From positions 24,494 through 42,018 of the forward strand of contig NZ_JABXKI010000204.1 of assembly GCF_017115095.1 (NCBI RefSeq): a stretch of DNA of 17,525 bases, written 5' to 3'. Origin of the DNA: Nostoc sp. NMS4. GTDB taxonomy: Bacteria > Cyanobacteriota > Cyanobacteriia > Cyanobacteriales > Nostocaceae. The position numbers and the translations under genes were made by a program. The notes under the pieces were generated by a model that ran no database searches, was not told where the DNA came from, and saw only the letters and a program-made list of their open reading frames with translations. Within the stretch, counting starts at the first letter, position 1. Every line of letters begins with the position of its first letter. Shown one piece after another: positions 14,296 through 17,525 of this stretch.

Positions 14296-14688
14296 GATGA
14301 CACACACCGATTTTCAATTGTTTGTTTCAATAGTAATTCTTAGAAAATAAAATCGGTATAGGTTCATGGGTTTTTGTTGGTAAAAGATTAGATTAATTAA
14401 TATAGAATGATTTGCTAGCCAAAAAGATTAAATAATTATAATAAAATACGTATATTCTTTTAGGTTGTGCATCTACATTAAATAATTCGTAATGACGCTC
14501 GATAGCGTTCGCAAAGCGTCTCGTAGAGAAGCATTAGGGACGTAGGAGCGTCTGACTCGCTAACGCTGCGCTAACGTAATTTGTAATGACGATCGCAAGA
14601 ATTAGATTTTATTCAGATAATATTTCAGATGTTCACGAAATCACCATAAGATAATTAGCGCGGTATTTCTAAGCTTGAGGAACATTAA

Positions 14689-15435
14689 ATGACACTATTA
14701 CAAGATAAAGTCGCAATTGTCACAGGTGCATCCAGAGGAATTGGCCGAGCGATCGCAATTGAATTAGCCTCACAAGGAGCGATCGCAATTGTCAATTATG
14801 CCAATTCTAATACTGCGGCTGAGGCAGTTGTTACAGAAATTATAGAAGCAGGAGGTCAGGCGATCGCTATTCAAGCTGATGTTTCTAAAATTGAGCAAGT
14901 AGACGCACTAGTTAACGCCGTCATGGAAAAGTTCAGCCGCGTAGATATTTTGGTCAACAACGCAGGTATTACCCGCGACACCTTACTTTTGCGTTTGAAA
15001 CCAGAAGATTGGCAAGCAGTGATAGACCTTAATCTAACCGGTGTTTTCTTATGTACACGCGCCGCCAGTAAAATCATGCTGAAGCAGCGATCGGGGCGGA
15101 TTATCAACATTACCTCAGTTGCCGCACAAATGGGCAACCCAGGTCAGTCGAACTACAGTGCCGCTAAAGCAGGTGTAATCGGCTTTACGAAAAGCGTTGC
15201 CAAGGAACTCGCTACTCGTGGCATCACCGTTAACGCCGTCGCCCCTGGCTTCATCACCACCGACATGACCAGTAATCTCAACAATCCCGAAGATATTCTC
15301 AAATACATCCCACTCGGTCGCTTCGGTCAACCAGAAGAAGTCGCCGGGATGGTGCGCTTCCTAGCTGCCGATCCCGCCGCAGCCTACATCACCGGACAAG
15401 TATTTAATGTTGATGGCGGTATGGTCATGGCGTAA
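14689..15435 (+). CDS. fabG: 3-oxoacyl-[acyl-carrier-protein] reductase (SDR family)
   Basis: 248 aa with TGASRGIGRAIA (cofactor-binding motif), NNAGITRD and the catalytic S...YSAAKAG, then GITVNAVAPGFITTDMT and the C-terminal GQVFNVDGGMVM. A GAGGAA RBS lies upstream. Confidence 0.93.
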   Translation: MTLLQDKVAIVTGASRGIGRAIAIELASQGAIAIVNYANSNTAAEAVVTEIIEAGGQAIAIQADVSKIEQVDALVNAVMEKFSRVDILVNNAGITRDTLLLRLKPEDWQAVIDLNLTGVFLCTRAASKIMLKQRSGRIINITSVAAQMGNPGQSNYSAAKAGVIGFTKSVAKELATRGITVNAVAPGFITTDMTSNLNNPEDILKYIPLGRFGQPEEVAGMVRFLAADPAAAYITGQVFNVDGGMVMA

Positions 15436-15776
15436 ATACTGCCAAAGTTAAGGGACTTCCAAATAAAAAAATATCTGAGATTAGCAAATGTCCCTGGACT
15501 TAATAGTTCAATCAACCGTGATTCTATCTGTTGGTTTGTTGGGGCTGGGCAAGTTACCCGATGTCGAAAGTCTGGATTTCCTTGTTTTTTGCGTGGCTTA
15601 CTTATGGCTCAAATCAACACCCTTGTGTTGAGTTTATCCATTCAGTTTTACCCTGTTGACAAGATTCTATTTTTCTTAACTTGACACTAATGGCTTTTCG
15701 ACCCACCCCACAATATTGGATAATTTATTTGTTGGAAGTCCCTCAGTGAAGATGTCGCCAGATAAGGTAGGATATT

Positions 15777-16193
15777 TTGGAACCAATCACAGCTAGTGCG
15801 ATCGCAACTCTCGCTTTTACTAAAGCATTTGAGAAAACCATCGAGAAATTTACTGAAGCAGCCCTTGGTAAAATGGACGAGCTGCGGAAAAAGATTTGGG
15901 GTAAGTTACGGGGAAATCTGAAAGCAGAAACAGCCCTCGTCGCTGCTGAAAAAGGCTCTAAACCAGATTTAGATAGGGTTGCTGCTTACTTGCAGATAAT
16001 TTTACATGAAGAACCAGAGTTTGCGAAAGAAGTAGAAACGCTGGCTCGTGAAATTGAGGCTGGTAAGATAGTAGACAAAAGCACTATGACCCAAATCAAT
16101 CAAGACAATGCCAGGGGATGGCAAACTAAGGTTGAGGGTGGAACAGTTTATCAAGGCGATATTAGCATTCATCATGCACCGCCCAATTCTTAA
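15777..16193 (+). CDS. Small helical protein (138 aa) with a hydrophobic N-terminal helix and a C-terminal G/N/Q-rich motif shared with the downstream NLR; candidate Bell-like cell-death effector
   Basis: The start is a TTG (the frame opens after a TAA at 15762, and no ATG occurs before residue 33). AGGTAGGA lies about 6 nt upstream. The N-terminus is MEPITASAIATLAFTKAFEKTIEKF. The C-terminus NQDNARGWQTKVEGGTVYQGDISI (nt 16098-16169) is repeated at 16217-16288. Confidence 0.7.
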   Translation: MEPITASAIATLAFTKAFEKTIEKFTEAALGKMDELRKKIWGKLRGNLKAETALVAAEKGSKPDLDRVAAYLQIILHEEPEFAKEVETLAREIEAGKIVDKSTMTQINQDNARGWQTKVEGGTVYQGDISIHHAPPNS

Positions 16194-16204
16194 ATTGAGC
16201 CATC

Positions 16205-17525
16205 ATGAACCAAAGCAACCAGGATAATGCCAAGGGATGGGAAAATAAGGTTGAGGGTGGAATAGTTTATCAAGGCGATATTAGTATCTACAATTCTCCT
16301 ACTCAGCAGTTACAGTCAACTTCTCCAAACAATATTCCTTATCGGGGTGTCGCCAACTTTGTCGGGCGGGATGAGAAACTTGCCCAAGTGCATAAAAAGT
16401 TGCTGCAAAATGACAACGCAGCAATTTTGGCTTTGGCTGGTATGGGGGGAATGGGTAAAACTGAACTGGCGACACAATACGCACAGCGCTACAAAGACAA
16501 TTATCCTGGTGGGCTTTGCTGGTTAGATGCCAGAAAACCAGATTTAGCAGCAGAGATTGTGGAATTTGCTCGGTTTTACATGAAACTGGAAGTACCGCAA
16601 ACTTTATTGACTTCCCAGGAACAAGCAAAATGGTGCTGGCGTAATTGGCAACCACAAACAGGACTAGTCTTGGTAGTATTGGACAATGTTGATGATGTGA
16701 CTAACTGGGAAAAATCTCGCCAAGTACTACCAACAGATAACCGCTTCTGTATATTGATGACAACTCGGTTGCGAAATCTCGGTTCAACAGTTCAACAGAT
16801 AAATTTAGATGAACTGTCACCAAACGATGCTTTAAAGTTGTTGACAGCTTTGTTGGGTGAAAATGATCGGCGGGTGCAACGGGAACCACAAACGGCAGCA
16901 AATTTATGTAAATGGCTGGGATATCTGCCTTTAGGTTTGCAATTAGTCGGCGCGTATTTGGCAGAAGATCCAAATTTGTCTTTAACAGAGATTTTACAGC
17001 GATTACCAGACCAGCAAAAATCTCAATTGGAAGCTGTATTTGAATTAAGCTGGCAACAACTCGATTCTATGACACAGTATGTCGGTGAGTTGTTGAGTTT
17101 ATTTGCCCCAGATATCATTCCTTGGCAAATAGTTGAATCTGTCAGTCAGCAGCTAAATTGGGCGAAGGCAGATGTTGACAAGGCGAGAAAGCAACTTTAT
17201 CAACGCCATTTAATTCAAAGCGTAGCAGAAGGAGAAAGTTGCTATAAAATTCATCCTTTAATTAGGGAGTTTTTGCAAGGGAAATTGGTAAGGTTAAACA
17301 CAGCCGATGACCTCAAAAAAGCCTTTGCCGCAGTATTAGTAGAAATTGCTCAGAAAATACCTGAATCTCTCACCCTTGAGGATATCAAGTTAGTGCAACT
17401 GGCAATTCCCCATTTAACTGAGGTGGCACAAAATCTGATTGATGTTGTGGAGGATGAAAATTTAACCTTGATTTTCACTGGCTTGGGCAAATTTTATCAA
17501 GGACAGGGTTTGTATACCCTAGCAG
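16205..17525 (+). CDS. NB-ARC (STAND) ATPase with an N-terminal amyloid-like signalling motif and the onset of C-terminal TPRs; 3' end outside the window (partial, absent from the ORF track)
   Basis: Hand translation gives 440 stop-free codons from the ATG at 16205: MNQSNQDNAKGWENKVEGGIVYQGDISIY..., FVGRDEKL, Walker A GMGGMGKT (16439-16462), Walker B LVLVVLDNVDD, ILMTTR, GYLPLGLQLVGAYL (GLPL motif), KIHPLIREF (MHD-like), then ...GLGKFYQGQGLYTLA (TPR start). I checked the frame at two coordinates (16934 and 17480). Confidence 0.9.
   Translation, partial: MNQSNQDNAKGWENKVEGGIVYQGDISIYNSPTQQLQSTSPNNIPYRGVANFVGRDEKLAQVHKKLLQNDNAAILALAGMGGMGKTELATQYAQRYKDNYPGGLCWLDARKPDLAAEIVEFARFYMKLEVPQTLLTSQEQAKWCWRNWQPQTGLVLVVLDNVDDVTNWEKSRQVLPTDNRFCILMTTRLRNLGSTVQQINLDELSPNDALKLLTALLGENDRRVQREPQTAANLCKWLGYLPLGLQLVGAYLAEDPNLSLTEILQRLPDQQKSQLEAVFELSWQQLDSMTQYVGELLSLFAPDIIPWQIVESVSQQLNWAKADVDKARKQLYQRHLIQSVAEGESCYKIHPLIREFLQGKLVRLNTADDLKKAFAAVLVEIAQKIPESLTLEDIKLVQLAIPHLTEVAQNLIDVVEDENLTLIFTGLGKFYQGQGLYTLA

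Noticed and set aside
15656-15686. Two TTGACA hexamers upstream of the effector/NLR operon as possible -35 boxes
   Set aside because: Neither has a recognisable -10 hexamer 16-18 nt downstream, so I make no promoter call.
16299-16973. Two minus-strand track ORFs (118 aa and 90 aa)
   Set aside because: Both are antisense to the NB-ARC gene, whose plus-strand frame carries an unbroken series of canonical STAND motifs. I reject other antisense track ORFs inside strong genes for the same reason: 1689..1910, 3157..3363, 3509..3838, 5485..6014, 6329..7164, 9197..9999, 11433..13360 and 14871..15330.
1-17525. Search for tRNA, rRNA, tmRNA or RNase P-like genes and for integrase or transposase ORFs
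   Set aside because: I could not recognise any T-loop (GGTTCGAATCC-like) or acceptor-stem pattern, or any rRNA-like conserved block, by eye. No ORF shows integrase or DDE transposase motifs. The only mobile-element-like sequences are non-autonomous palindromic repeats. A computational scan (tRNAscan-SE, Infernal/Rfam) would be needed to exclude small ncRNAs.

Overview
This window looks like cyanobacterial chromosome, most likely from a filamentous Nostocales-type genome. I count 14 perfect HIP1 palindromes (GCGATCGC) where about 0.3 would be expected by chance. It also has STRR-like heptamer repeats, G/C-run nested palindromic dispersed repeats, and gene families typical of cyanobacteria. The gene content is a mosaic. 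An exopolysaccharide export module sits at the left edge (sugar-transferase 3' end plus a Wzc-like co-polymerase/ATPase). Housekeeping genes follow: a CPBP protease, a conserved DUF3326-like protein, a 2Fe-2S ferredoxin, acnB, a thioredoxin and fabG. Between them lie accessory or conflict-type loci. (1) At 5493-7193, an unknown 163-168 aa helical protein is translationally coupled to a TIR / RRxFLK-transmembrane / GUN4-domain fusion protein. (2) At 15777-17525, a small helical protein ends in a roughly 24-aa G/N/Q-rich motif that is repeated, also at nucleotide level, at the N-terminus of the adjacent NB-ARC/TPR NLR-like ATPase. That ATPase gene runs off the window and is missing from the ORF track. 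This is an amyloid-signalling effector/NLR architecture. (3) At about 7200-10750 there is a decayed accessory segment. It holds a truncated four-helix-bundle gene, HigB/HigA-type toxin-antitoxin remnants, a 21-bp tandem array, an orphan coiled-coil protein, a nuclease-like DUF4351 protein and a duplicated C-terminal cassette. Two copies of a MITE-like nested palindromic element bracket it. I could not recognise any rRNA, tRNA or CRISPR array. All functional calls come from motif recognition by eye, not database searches.
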